NCBI RefSeq assembly: GCF_003790525.1
Contig: NZ_CP033635.1
Length of the DNA: 64,000 nt
Source of the DNA: Escherichia coli
Lineage (GTDB): Bacteria > Pseudomonadota > Gammaproteobacteria > Enterobacterales > Enterobacteriaceae
Direction: 5' to 3' (one strand)
Below the pieces are notes generated by a model. That model was not told where the DNA came from. It did not search any database and saw only the letters and a list, made by a program, of their open reading frames with translations. Of this stretch, positions 29,166 through 39,541 are shown one piece after another. The position numbers and the translations under genes were made by a program. Within the stretch, counting starts at the first letter, position 1. The number at the start of each line of letters is the position of its first letter.

Positions 29166-30569
29166 ATGTCTGACCATAATCCACTGACATTAAGACTGAA
29201 TCTGCGGGAAAAAATCGCCTATGGTATGGGCGACGTCGGTTCGAATTTAATGCTCTGCATCGGTACTCTGTATCTCCTCAAATTTTATACCGATGAATTA
29301 GGGATGCCTGCTTACTATGGCGGGATTATCTTTCTGGTGGCGAAGTTTTTTACCGCATTTACCGATATGCTCACCGGATTTTTACTCGACTCGCGGAAAA
29401 ATATTGGGCCTAAAGGCAAATTTCGTCCCTTTATTTTATATGCAGCGGTTCCGGCGGCGTTAATTGCAACGCTCCAGTTTATCGCCACCACCTTTAGTTT
29501 GCCGGTTAAAACGACGATTGCCACCGCACTGTTTATGATGTTTGGACTTTCATACAGTCTGATGAACTGCTCGTATGGTGCGATGATCCCGGCCATTACC
29601 AAAAACCCCAATGAGCGCGCGCAGCTCGCGGCTTACCGCCAGGGTGGTGCAACCATAGGGCTATTGATTTGTACCGTGGCGTTTATTCCGTTGCAGTCGC
29701 TTTTTTCTGACTCAACCGTCGGTTATGCCTGTGCGGCACTGATGTTCTCCATTGGCGGCTTTATTTTTATGATGCTGTGCTACAGAGGCGTCAAAGAGCA
29801 TTATGTGGACACCACGCCAACCGGACATAAGGCCAGTATTCTCAAATCATTTTGCGCGATATTTCATAATCCACCTTTGCTGGTATTGTGCATTGCTAAC
29901 CTGTGTACTCTGGCGGCATTTAATATCAAACTGGCGATTCAGGTCTATTACACCCAGTATGTGCTGAATGATATTAATTTATTGTCGTGGATGGGATTTT
30001 TCAGTATGGGATGCATCCTCGTCGGCGTATTACTGGTGCCATTAACTGTAAAATGTTTTGGTAAAAAACAGGTTTATTTAGCTGGCATGGTGCTATGGGC
30101 GGTTGGTGATATCCTGAATTATTTCTGGGGAAGTAACTCTTTCACTTTCGTCATGTTCTCTTGTGTCGCCTTTTTTGGCACGGCCTTTGTAAACAGCCTG
30201 AACTGGGCACTGGTGCCAGATACCGTAGATTACGGTGAATGGAAAACCGGTATACGTGCCGAAGGTTCTGTTTATACCGGTTATACCTTCTTTCGTAAAA
30301 TTTCAGCCGCACTTGCTGGCTTCTTGCCAGGCATTATGCTGACGCAAATCGGTTATGTTCCCAACATCGCGCAAAGCGATGCGACATTACAGGGTTTGCG
30401 TCAGCTCATTTTTATCTGGCCTTGTGCGCTGGCAATGATTGCTGCATTGACGATGGGGTTCTTTTACACGCTCAATGAGAAACGGTTTGCACTGATTATT
30501 GAGGAAATTAACCAACGCAAAAATAAAGAAATTGAGACAGAAGAAAAAACGGCTTCCGTAACGTTATAA
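29166..30569 (+). CDS. yihO: Sulfoquinovose importer YihO (GPH family), 467 aa
   Basis: Polytopic protein, highly similar to YihP (shared LKFYTD..GGIIFL..KFFTAFTDM). ATG at 29166. Confidence 0.92.
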   Translation: MSDHNPLTLRLNLREKIAYGMGDVGSNLMLCIGTLYLLKFYTDELGMPAYYGGIIFLVAKFFTAFTDMLTGFLLDSRKNIGPKGKFRPFILYAAVPAALIATLQFIATTFSLPVKTTIATALFMMFGLSYSLMNCSYGAMIPAITKNPNERAQLAAYRQGGATIGLLICTVAFIPLQSLFSDSTVGYACAALMFSIGGFIFMMLCYRGVKEHYVDTTPTGHKASILKSFCAIFHNPPLLVLCIANLCTLAAFNIKLAIQVYYTQYVLNDINLLSWMGFFSMGCILVGVLLVPLTVKCFGKKQVYLAGMVLWAVGDILNYFWGSNSFTFVMFSCVAFFGTAFVNSLNWALVPDTVDYGEWKTGIRAEGSVYTGYTFFRKISAALAGFLPGIMLTQIGYVPNIAQSDATLQGLRQLIFIWPCALAMIAALTMGFFYTLNEKRFALIIEEINQRKNKEIETEEKTASVTL

Positions 30570-30635
30570 ATGTCAATAGCCGCTATTTCCATCCTGGTGG
30601 GTGGCGGCCTCCCTACGCTTAAAAATGGACTTATT

Positions 30636-31328
30636 ATGAAAAAGATTAATGCAATAATTCTATTATCCTCTCTGACCTCTGCCTCGGTATTTGCTGGCGC
30701 ATACGTCGAAAACAGGGAGGCATATAATCTCGCCTCCGATCAGGGCGAGGTTATGCTACGTGTGGGTTATAACTTCGATATGGGCGCGGGTATTATGTTA
30801 ACCAATACCTACACCTTTCAGCGAGAAGATGAACTCAAACATGGATATAACGAAATCGAAGGTTGGTATCCGTTATTCAAACCAACCGATAAATTAACCA
30901 TCCAGCCCGGTGGCTTAATTAATGATAAGAGTATCGGTTCGGGTGGTGCTGTTTATCTGGATGTTAACTACAAATTTACTCCATGGTTTAACCTGACGGT
31001 ACGTAATCGTTTTAACCATAATAACTACAGCTCAACCGATTTGAACGGTGATCTGGATAATAATGACAGCTACGAGATTGGCAACTACTGGAACTTTATT
31101 ATTACCGATAAGTTCTCATATACCTTTGAACCGCATTATTTTTATAACATTAATGATTTCAATAGCAGCAATGGTACGAAGCATCACTGGGAAATCACTA
31201 ACACCTTCCGTTATCGCATTAATGAGCACTGGTTGCCCTATATTGAATTGCGCTGGTTAGATCGCAACGTAGAGCCGTACCACCGCGAGCAAAACCAGAT
31301 TCGTATCGGGACGAAGTATTTCTTCTGA
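30636..31328 (+). CDS. ompL: Outer-membrane porin OmpL, 230 aa
   Basis: MKKINAIILLSSLTSASVFA signal peptide, a beta-barrel-like alternating pattern, and a C-terminal ...GTKYFF. Confidence 0.92.
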   Translation: MKKINAIILLSSLTSASVFAGAYVENREAYNLASDQGEVMLRVGYNFDMGAGIMLTNTYTFQREDELKHGYNEIEGWYPLFKPTDKLTIQPGGLINDKSIGSGGAVYLDVNYKFTPWFNLTVRNRFNHNNYSSTDLNGDLDNNDSYEIGNYWNFIITDKFSYTFEPHYFYNINDFNSSNGTKHHWEITNTFRYRINEHWLPYIELRWLDRNVEPYHREQNQIRIGTKYFF

Positions 31329-31336
31329 TGTAAAAC

Positions 31337-31416
31337 TGCCGGATGCGGCGAAAACGCCTTATCCGGCCTACGGTTGATACGGTTTCCGTTGGCCGGATTA
31401 AGCCACATCCGGCCAT
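31337..31416. repeat. REP elements between the convergent ompL and yihN genes
   Basis: tgccggatgcggcgaaaacgccttatccggcctac, plus the ggccggat...atccggcc hairpin. Confidence 0.85.
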
Positions 31417-31419
31417 TAA

Positions 31420-32685
31420 TTAAGCTTCAGCCGCCAGCATCTCTTTCTTACGTTGGCTAATACGCTTAACCAGCATTACGGAAACCACCGCACCACAGAA
31501 TGCGAAGCAGGCCATAATGCCAAACACGATTTTGTAGCCAATAATCCCCGGATTTAAATCCAGAATGTAGCCATACAGACTGAAGCAGAACATCGCCGGG
31601 GCGTAACCAATAAAGCTACCCAACGCCATCGCCGCGCCTGTTTTATTTTCAGCAATTTTTGCTTCGCCGATAGGTGCAAAAAATACGGCTCGCTGTGTAA
31701 AGACTATCGCGCCAAAGCCCAGCGTACATGCCATCCCTAAATAGACCGGCATACTTTCGTGCGGCAGCATAATCAACAGTACGAGCGCAGCGGTACTGAT
31801 GATAAAGGTGTAGCATAGATATTTACTCGGCGATTTCAGGATCTTATCTGAAATCATGCCACCAATCGGTCCACCAATCATTTTCAGACAGTATTGGTTA
31901 ATGATGCCGTAAGCCCCCACCAGCGCAACAGGCAATAGATAGATGTTTTTCAGGAATGGAATGAAGAATGTCAGGCCACAGTAAACCGCGTAAACGAAGA
32001 AGACGTTGAAAGCGATAAGCCAGATAGTTTTGTCTTTCAGCACCGAGGTCATACTGGTGTTTTTCGATGCTCCGTCTTCTTTTTTCACCTCAACGGACGG
32101 TGCCTCTTCTTTGTCATTCAGAACAAAGAAAATGATAATGCCTACGGCAATCACAATAAGGGAATAGAACCAGATGCCTGCTTTAAAACCCAATAAGCCA
32201 CTGCCAAACCAGGTAAATACTGCCAACGCAGAAAATGCCACCACGGTATCGACAATGCCACGCCCTGTTTCGAAGAAGCCAAACAACCGACCTTGTTGTT
32301 CGCTATTGCCCAATCGACTTACCGACTTGAGCAAGACCGGCCAGTTCATCATGTCGCAAGTAACGCCAAATAGCGCCCAGACAAAGAGGATGCCCCAATA
32401 CCCCGGCATTGTCGTCAAATAAACACCCAGTAATCCTGTCGCAATGAGTGAGAATGACATGGTGTATCTGCGCGGTAGTTTATCGGCAAAATAAATAGAC
32501 AGAAAAAAGCCCACTGTCGTGACAAATGAGTTTACCGACATAGCATTACCAATTTGACCATTGGTCAAATGGAAATATTCCTGCATCGGGATATAAAACG
32601 CATCTTTCAGCGACGGTAATTTATAAATTGTACCGCCACACAGTGTTAATAGACTAAATAACGCCCATTTCTTTTTCGTGAGCAT
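31420..32685 (-). CDS. yihN: MFS transporter YihN
   Basis: 421-aa, 12-TM-like MFS protein. Matches K-12 YihN. Confidence 0.92.
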   Translation of the reverse strand: MLTKKKWALFSLLTLCGGTIYKLPSLKDAFYIPMQEYFHLTNGQIGNAMSVNSFVTTVGFFLSIYFADKLPRRYTMSFSLIATGLLGVYLTTMPGYWGILFVWALFGVTCDMMNWPVLLKSVSRLGNSEQQGRLFGFFETGRGIVDTVVAFSALAVFTWFGSGLLGFKAGIWFYSLIVIAVGIIIFFVLNDKEEAPSVEVKKEDGASKNTSMTSVLKDKTIWLIAFNVFFVYAVYCGLTFFIPFLKNIYLLPVALVGAYGIINQYCLKMIGGPIGGMISDKILKSPSKYLCYTFIISTAALVLLIMLPHESMPVYLGMACTLGFGAIVFTQRAVFFAPIGEAKIAENKTGAAMALGSFIGYAPAMFCFSLYGYILDLNPGIIGYKIVFGIMACFAFCGAVVSVMLVKRISQRKKEMLAAEA

Positions 32686-32786
32686 AACATCCCCTAAGCG
32701 ATTTTTAAAATCACTGTTTTAAAGGCAATAAGATACCGACCATTCATATGGAATGGTTTTATTAACAGCGTATGAGTTAAAACTTA

Positions 32787-33767
32787 TTAGTGGTTCAGAA
32801 GATGGTTTGCCTCTTGTTTGATTTGTTGTAGTACGTTACGCACATGATTTATCTGATTAATTGCATCTTCTTTTTCTTTACGTAACCGCGCATCCAGTAA
32901 ATGATTTTCTGGCAATGGTGTTTCACTCATCTGGCGATAAGGGATCCACGGATTATCATCTTCGTCTTCAAAGCGGAACGCCGGCGCATAGTAATCAACC
33001 TCTTCTTCCAGGCCATATGCCGTCACCTGCGGCTCATCATCACCCAGGCAGATAAGGTGCGTTAATAACGCTTTGAACGGCATATCACCCTGACCTGAAA
33101 TACAGGCTTTATGACCCAGGCCACCCTCTTCTTTAACGATCAAGGCATCTTTGATATGGACCTGGGTAATATGCGGTGCCATCGTTTTTAAAGCGTCGAT
33201 GGGATGCTCATTTGCATTGATCATGTTCGCAAAATCAAACAGTAAGGAAAGAGATTCCATCTCACTTTCTTTGACCAGCGACACCAGCTCATGGCTTTTT
33301 AAATCTTCATGCTGTTCGATCGTAAAAGTCAGGCCGCTGTCCTGATACGTTTCTCGTACATAGGCAATGTCGTTAGCGATAATCGATAATACATCGCGCA
33401 AATTACCTTCATAACGCGGATAAAAACGTACGGAGGATGCCCCAGTTTTCAACGCGATGGCGACGGCTTCGTCAATAGATTTTTTATCTGAGGCGCTGGT
33501 TTCAATATGAATATCAAGGTTCAGACGGCGGGCTTTATCCCCAAAGGCAGAGAGTTCTTTATCGTCCATATTACCAAGAGAAAAACGCTCTCCATCCAGA
33601 ACATGGATTTTGACGCCACGTAGATTATTTTCACTTGCGATATCAAGTAAATCAGCAGGCAACACTCTTTCCAGTCGCATATTTAAATGAAAGGCATAAG
33701 CATGTAAATAAAGAGGAAGAGTGTCGACACGTTGTAGAATCTTTCTTGCGTTATTTATTGTCACCAT
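32787..33767 (-). CDS. yihM: Xylose-isomerase-like TIM-barrel protein (sugar-phosphate isomerase/epimerase family) YihM
   Basis: 326 aa. Matches K-12 YihM. Confidence 0.9.
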   Translation of the reverse strand: MVTINNARKILQRVDTLPLYLHAYAFHLNMRLERVLPADLLDIASENNLRGVKIHVLDGERFSLGNMDDKELSAFGDKARRLNLDIHIETSASDKKSIDEAVAIALKTGASSVRFYPRYEGNLRDVLSIIANDIAYVRETYQDSGLTFTIEQHEDLKSHELVSLVKESEMESLSLLFDFANMINANEHPIDALKTMAPHITQVHIKDALIVKEEGGLGHKACISGQGDMPFKALLTHLICLGDDEPQVTAYGLEEEVDYYAPAFRFEDEDDNPWIPYRQMSETPLPENHLLDARLRKEKEDAINQINHVRNVLQQIKQEANHLLNH

Positions 33768-33774
33768 AAAACAC

Positions 33775-34485
33775 CTACAGATTAATGATGAGGTCTACGG
33801 CCTCAAATCGCCAATATTCAATATCTATCTGGACAATATTGCCCTGCTGGTCGGCGCGATGCTTTTCAATTAAGATCGCTGGCATACCCGCAGAACCGCC
33901 AAGATACTTGCTGATATCGCCCGGCATTCTGACGGGTTTGAAAATCAATTTTTTTACTACCGTCTCTTTTTGGTAGCACTTTTCCCAGACTGCAGAAAAT
34001 GAGTGGTTTTCAAGTTGTTCAATAAAACCCGGGGCAACTTCAGGATTAATATATGTTTCGTGATAGAAAACTTTATGTCCTTCCAGCGCCCCCCAGCCGG
34101 TGATGCGATAGAGTTCAGTTGATGGTGTCACTGCAATCAGTGGCGCGAGCGTCTCGGGAATATCGCTGGTACGGTTTTTCTCGGTAAACCCCCAGGAAGG
34201 CTCTCGTCCTTGCTCAATTGCGGCCCGCTGAAAGCTCGCTGACAGCTCCGGACTGTAATTAAATCGCGGCTGGGTCACGAACCACCCCTTACGATCCTTA
34301 CGGAAGATTTTGGATTCTGCCTCGAGGTTCAACAACGCCTGGCGCAGCGTCATACGTTTAATGCCCAGCAGTTCTCCCAGCTCTCTTTCTGAAGGGAGTT
34401 TTCCACCCGGCGTGGTGATGCCATCTTTCAACCACCGATCCAGTTTCTCTTTTGCATTTTCTACGGTGGATTGATTCTCCGCCAT
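33775..34485 (-). CDS. yihL: GntR-family transcriptional regulator YihL
   Basis: 236 aa with an N-terminal wHTH (LPSERELGELLGIKRMTLRQAL) and a UTRA-like C-terminus. Confidence 0.92.
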   Translation of the reverse strand: MAENQSTVENAKEKLDRWLKDGITTPGGKLPSERELGELLGIKRMTLRQALLNLEAESKIFRKDRKGWFVTQPRFNYSPELSASFQRAAIEQGREPSWGFTEKNRTSDIPETLAPLIAVTPSTELYRITGWGALEGHKVFYHETYINPEVAPGFIEQLENHSFSAVWEKCYQKETVVKKLIFKPVRMPGDISKYLGGSAGMPAILIEKHRADQQGNIVQIDIEYWRFEAVDLIINL

Positions 34486-34651
34486 TGTTTAATCCTTTTG
34501 GTTTAAACCAGATGAAGCATCTTACGCTTACGCCAAAAAAGAAAGCAATTAACGGTGTATGACTTTGCAGATAATTGTGACAAAGCTCTCTATTGACGTA
34601 ATCACAGACTTATAAGGGAGATACTCGCATTGGTGTGCGCTCACGACAGGT

Positions 34652-34686
34652 AAAAAAAAACCTGCCAGCGATGGCAGGTTTTTTAT
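34652..34686. terminator. Bidirectional rho-independent terminator downstream of typA
   Basis: aaaaaaaaa-cctgcca-gcga-tggcagg-tttttt. A- and T-runs flank a 7-bp GC-rich stem. Confidence 0.85.
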
Positions 34687-34701
34687 AACTAAAAAACGAA
34701 A

Positions 34702-36525
34702 TTAATCGTCTTTCGGTGCGCGGTTGGCGCGACGACGATCGTTTTCCGTCAGGTGACGTTTACGAATACGGATAGAGGTCGGAGTCACTTCTACCAGTTC
34801 GTCATCATCGATGAACTCCAGAGCTTGTTCCAGAGTCATGCGGATAGGCGGAACCAGAACAACGGCTTCGTCAGTACCGGAAGCACGCATGTTGGTCAGT
34901 TTCTTACCGGTCAGGCAGTTTACAGTCAGGTCGTTAGAGCGGCTATGAATACCGATAATCTGACCTTCGTAAACTTCTGCACCGTGACCGAGGAACAGCT
35001 TACCGCGATCTTGCAGACCGAACAGCGCGAACGCGACCGCTTTACCCTGACCGTTAGAGATCAGTACGCCGTTCTGACGCTGACCCACTTCACCCGGACG
35101 TACGTCGTCGTAGTGGCTGAAGGTGGAGTACAGCAGACCAGTACCGGAAGTCATGGTCATGAACTCAGAACGGAAGCCAATCAGACCACGGCTTGGGATC
35201 ACGTAGTCGAGACGTACGCGGCCTTTACCGTCTGGATTCATGTTTTTCAGGTCGCCTTTACGTTCGCCCAGCGCCTGCATTACAGAACCCTGATGCTGTT
35301 CTTCAACGTCCAGAGTCACGTTTTCATACGGCTCTTGTTTACGACCGTCGATTTCACGGAAGATAACTTTCGGACGGGATACCGCCAGTTCGAAACCTTC
35401 ACGACGCATGTTTTCGATCAGAACAGACAGGTGCAGTTCGCCACGACCAGAAACGCGGAACGCATCGGCGTCTTCGGTTTCTTCTACGCGCAGCGCAACG
35501 TTGTGTACCAGTTCTTTGTTCAGACGATCCAGGATCTGACGAGACGTTACGAACTTACCTTCTTTACCGCAGAACGGCGAGGTGTTAACGCAGAAGAACA
35601 TAGAAACGGTCGGCTCATCAACGGAGAGTGCCGGCAGCGCTTCAACGTTTTGCGTGTCGCAAACGGTGTCAGAAATGTTCAGTTCGCCAAGGCCCGTGAT
35701 CGCAACGATATCGCCAGCTTCCGCCAGATCGGTTTCGATACGTTCCAGACCGAGGTGGCCCAGCACTTTACCGACTTTCGCGTTGCGGGTTTTGCCTTCG
35801 CTATCGATGATAGTGACCTGCTGGTTCGGCTTCACTTTACCGCGCTTGATGCGGCCAATGCCGATAACGCCAACATAGCTGTTGTAATCGAGCTGAGAAA
35901 TCTGCATCTGGAACGGACCGTCAAGGTCAACGTCCGGCGCAGGAACGTGGTCAACAATCGCCTGGTACAGCGGGGTCATGTCTTCCGCCATATCTTCGTG
36001 GTCCAGACCCGCGATACCGTTCAGCGCAGAAGCGTAAACGATCGGGAAGTCCAGCTGCTCGTCGGTCGCGTCGAGGTTAACGAACAGATCGAATACCTGA
36101 TCCACAACCCAATCAGGACGCGCGCCAGGGCGGTCAACTTTGTTGATAACAACAATCGGCTTCAGGCCGTAAGCAAACGCTTTTTTGGTTACGAAGCGCG
36201 TTTGCGGCATCGGGCCGTCAAATGCGTCAACCACCAGCAGCACTGAATCTACCATGGACATTACACGTTCAACTTCACCACCGAAGTCGGCGTGCCCCGG
36301 GGTATCAACGATGTTGATACGGTAATCATTCCATTTGATAGCGGTGTTTTTCGCGAGGATGGTAATCCCACGCTCTTTCTCCAAATCGTTGGAGTCCATC
36401 ACGCGCTCTTGGGTTTCGGCACGAGAGTCGAACGTACCGGATTGTTGGAGCAGCTTGTCTACCAGGGTGGTTTTACCATGGTCTACGTGCGCGATGATGG
36501 CGATATTACGCAATTTTTCGATCAC
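34702..36525 (-). CDS. typA: Ribosome-associated translational GTPase BipA/TypA
   Basis: 607 aa, [41 protein letters not shown]. Confidence 0.97.
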   Translation of the reverse strand: MIEKLRNIAIIAHVDHGKTTLVDKLLQQSGTFDSRAETQERVMDSNDLEKERGITILAKNTAIKWNDYRINIVDTPGHADFGGEVERVMSMVDSVLLVVDAFDGPMPQTRFVTKKAFAYGLKPIVVINKVDRPGARPDWVVDQVFDLFVNLDATDEQLDFPIVYASALNGIAGLDHEDMAEDMTPLYQAIVDHVPAPDVDLDGPFQMQISQLDYNSYVGVIGIGRIKRGKVKPNQQVTIIDSEGKTRNAKVGKVLGHLGLERIETDLAEAGDIVAITGLGELNISDTVCDTQNVEALPALSVDEPTVSMFFCVNTSPFCGKEGKFVTSRQILDRLNKELVHNVALRVEETEDADAFRVSGRGELHLSVLIENMRREGFELAVSRPKVIFREIDGRKQEPYENVTLDVEEQHQGSVMQALGERKGDLKNMNPDGKGRVRLDYVIPSRGLIGFRSEFMTMTSGTGLLYSTFSHYDDVRPGEVGQRQNGVLISNGQGKAVAFALFGLQDRGKLFLGHGAEVYEGQIIGIHSRSNDLTVNCLTGKKLTNMRASGTDEAVVLVPPIRMTLEQALEFIDDDELVEVTPTSIRIRKRHLTENDRRRANRAPKDD

Positions 36526-36676
36526 AACTTTGCCTCAGGCATTAGAAATAGCGCGTTATTGTACACGGATTAATCGCACTACAAAACAGGATCACAAACA
36601 TCCTCCGCAAACAAGTATTGCAGAGTCCCTTTGTGATCGCTTTCACGGAGCATAAAAAGGGTTATCCAAAGGTCAT

Positions 36677-36744
36677 TGCACCAATATGGTGCTTAATGTT
36701 TCCATTGAAGCACTATATTGGTGCAACATTCACATCATGGTGCA
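36677..36744. promoter_or_regulatory. NtrC enhancer sites upstream of glnA
   Basis: tgcaccaatatggtgc, gcactatattggtgca and tcacatcatggtgca fit the TGCACC-N5-GGTGCA NtrC consensus. Confidence 0.85.
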
Positions 36745-36798
36745 GCCCTTTTGCACGATGTTAAGCATGATAACGCCTTTTAGGGGCAATTTAAAAGT

Positions 36799-36814
36799 TG
36801 GCACAGTTTTCGCT
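36799..36814 (+). promoter_or_regulatory. Sigma-54 promoter glnAp2
   Basis: TGGCAC-agttt-TCGCT (the -24 GG / -12 GC spacing) lies ~85 nt upstream of the glnA ATG. Confidence 0.88.
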
Positions 36815-36897
36815 TTATCTTTTTTACGGCGACACGGCCAAAATAATTGCAGATTTCGTTACCACGACGACCATGACCAATCCAGGAGAGTTAAAGT

Positions 36898-38307
36898 ATG
36901 TCCGCTGAACACGTACTGACGATGCTGAACGAGCACGAAGTGAAGTTTGTTGATTTGCGCTTCACCGATACCAAAGGTAAAGAACAGCACGTCACTATCC
37001 CTGCTCATCAGGTGAATGCCGAATTCTTCGAAGAAGGCAAAATGTTTGACGGCTCCTCGATTGGCGGCTGGAAAGGCATTAATGAATCCGATATGGTGCT
37101 GATGCCAGACGCATCCACCGCAGTGATTGACCCGTTCTTCGCCGATTCTACCCTGATTATCCGTTGCGACATCCTTGAACCTGGCACCCTGCAAGGCTAT
37201 GACCGTGACCCGCGCTCTATTGCGAAGCGCGCCGAAGATTACCTGCGTTCTACTGGCATTGCCGACACCGTACTGTTCGGGCCAGAACCTGAATTCTTCC
37301 TGTTCGATGACATCCGTTTCGGATCGTCTATCTCCGGTTCCCACGTTGCTATCGACGATATCGAAGGTGCATGGAACTCCTCCACCCAATACGAAGGTGG
37401 TAACAAAGGTCACCGTCCGGCAGTGAAAGGCGGTTACTTCCCGGTTCCGCCGGTAGACTCTGCTCAGGATATTCGTTCTGAAATGTGTCTGGTGATGGAA
37501 CAGATGGGTCTGGTGGTTGAAGCCCATCACCACGAAGTAGCGACTGCTGGTCAGAACGAAGTGGCTACCCGCTTCAATACCATGACCAAAAAAGCTGACG
37601 AAATTCAGATCTACAAATATGTTGTGCACAACGTAGCGCACCGCTTCGGTAAAACTGCGACCTTTATGCCAAAACCGATGTTCGGTGATAACGGTTCCGG
37701 TATGCACTGCCACATGTCGCTGTCTAAAAACGGCGTCAACCTGTTCGCAGGCGACAAATACGCAGGTCTGTCTGAGCAGGCGCTGTACTATATTGGCGGC
37801 GTAATCAAACACGCGAAAGCGATTAATGCCCTGGCAAACCCGACCACCAACTCTTACAAGCGTCTGGTCCCGGGCTACGAAGCACCGGTAATGCTGGCTT
37901 ACTCTGCGCGTAACCGTTCTGCGTCTATCCGTATTCCGGTGGTTTCTTCTCCGAAAGCACGTCGTATCGAAGTACGTTTCCCGGACCCGGCGGCTAACCC
38001 GTACCTGTGTTTTGCTGCCCTGCTGATGGCCGGTCTTGACGGTATCAAGAACAAGATCCATCCGGGCGAAGCCATGGACAAAAACCTGTATGACCTGCCG
38101 CCGGAAGAAGCGAAAGAGATCCCACAGGTTGCTGGTTCTCTGGAAGAAGCACTGAACGAACTGGATCTGGACCGCGAGTTCCTGAAAGCCGGTGGCGTGT
38201 TCACTGATGAAGCGATCGATGCGTACATCGCTCTGCGTCGCGAAGAAGATGACCGTGTGCGTATGACTCCGCATCCGGTAGAGTTTGAGCTGTACTACAG
38301 CGTCTAA
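36898..38307 (+). CDS. glnA: Glutamine synthetase
   Basis: 469 aa, [31 protein letters not shown]..., including the adenylylation-site region NLYDLPPEE. Confidence 0.98.
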
Positions 38308-38367
38308 TAGTTGAAGTTGTACTACCCGGCGCAACAACGCTGGGATTTAGTTGCCGTGGAAACTTTC

Positions 38368-38393
38368 AGCCCATCTCTGCATGGGCTTTTTTC
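38368..38393 (+). terminator. glnA rho-independent terminator (3' end of the glnA 3'UTR, the position from which the GlnZ sRNA is reported to derive)
   Basis: cagcccat-ctctgc-atgggct followed by tttttt. Confidence 0.85.
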
Positions 38394-38442
38394 TCCGTCA
38401 ATTCTCTGATGCTTCGCGCTTTTTATCCGTAAAAAGCTATAA

Positions 38443-38459
38443 TGCACTAAAATGGTGCA
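38443..38459. promoter_or_regulatory. NtrC operator overlapping the glnL promoter
   Basis: tgcactaaaatggtgca is palindromic, fits the NtrC consensus, and overlaps a tataat -10 element. Confidence 0.75.
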
Positions 38460-38480
38460 ACCTGTTCAGGAGACTGCTTT

Positions 38481-39530
38481 ATGGCAACAGGCACGCAGCC
38501 CGATGCTGGGCAGATCCTCAACTCGCTGATTAACAGTATTTTGTTAATTGATGACAATCTGGCGATCCATTACGCCAACCCCGCCGCGCAACAACTGCTC
38601 GCCCAAAGCTCCCGCAAATTGTTTGGTACGCCGTTACCGGAACTGTTGAGCTACTTCTCATTAAATATCGAGCTGATGCAAGAAAGTCTGGAGGCGGGGC
38701 AAGGCTTTACCGATAACGAAGTGACGCTGGTCATCGACGGGCGCTCGCATATCCTTTCTGTGACGGCTCAGCGTATGCCGGACGGCATGATCCTGCTGGA
38801 GATGGCACCGATGGATAACCAGCGCCGCTTAAGTCAGGAACAGCTACAGCACGCCCAGCAGGTTGCTGCCCGTGATTTAGTGCGCGGCCTGGCACATGAG
38901 ATTAAAAATCCGCTTGGCGGTTTACGTGGCGCGGCGCAGCTGCTCAGCAAAGCATTACCTGACCCGTCACTACTCGAATATACCAAAGTGATTATCGAAC
39001 AGGCGGACCGGCTGCGAAATCTGGTCGACCGTCTGTTGGGGCCGCAGCTGCCCGGTACGCGTATTACCGAAAGTATTCACAAAGTGGCTGAACGCGTGGT
39101 GACGCTGGTGTCGATGGAACTGCCGAGCAACGTGCGGTTGATTCGGGATTACGACCCCAGCCTGCCGGAACTGGCGCACGACCCGGATCAAATTGAACAG
39201 GTCTTGCTGAATATTGTGCGCAATGCGCTACAGGCGCTGGGGCCGGAGGGTGGTGAAATCATTCTGCGTACCCGCACCGCGTTTCAACTGACCTTACACG
39301 GCGAGCGTTATCGGCTGGCGGCGCGAATTGATGTGGAAGATAACGGGCCAGGTATTCCGCCTCATTTGCAGGATACGCTGTTTTACCCGATGGTCAGCGG
39401 CCGCGAAGGTGGCACCGGGCTTGGCTTATCCATCGCCCGTAATTTGATTGATCAGCATTCAGGCAAAATTGAATTTACCAGTTGGCCAGGTCATACCGAG
39501 TTCTCGGTTTACCTGCCTATCAGGAAATAA
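38481..39530 (+). CDS. glnL: Nitrogen-regulation sensor kinase NtrB
   Basis: 349 aa with H-box [13 protein letters not shown] box and G boxes (DNGPGI, GTGLGLS). Confidence 0.97.
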   Translation: MATGTQPDAGQILNSLINSILLIDDNLAIHYANPAAQQLLAQSSRKLFGTPLPELLSYFSLNIELMQESLEAGQGFTDNEVTLVIDGRSHILSVTAQRMPDGMILLEMAPMDNQRRLSQEQLQHAQQVAARDLVRGLAHEIKNPLGGLRGAAQLLSKALPDPSLLEYTKVIIEQADRLRNLVDRLLGPQLPGTRITESIHKVAERVVTLVSMELPSNVRLIRDYDPSLPELAHDPDQIEQVLLNIVRNALQALGPEGGEIILRTRTAFQLTLHGERYRLAARIDVEDNGPGIPPHLQDTLFYPMVSGREGGTGLGLSIARNLIDQHSGKIEFTSWPGHTEFSVYLPIRK

Positions 39531-39541
39531 AGGTGACGTTT

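Noticed and set aside
34753-36246. 497-aa plus-strand ORF antisense to typA
   Set aside because: It is a shadow ORF of the same kind. It has no RBS or motif, and the minus strand encodes unmistakable BipA GTPase motifs.
36859-38337. 492-aa minus-strand ORF covering the whole of glnA
   Set aside because: It is an antisense shadow of a highly expressed, strongly codon-biased gene. Its translation is low-complexity (R/V/F/H/T-rich) with no recognisable motif, whereas the plus strand encodes textbook glutamine synthetase.
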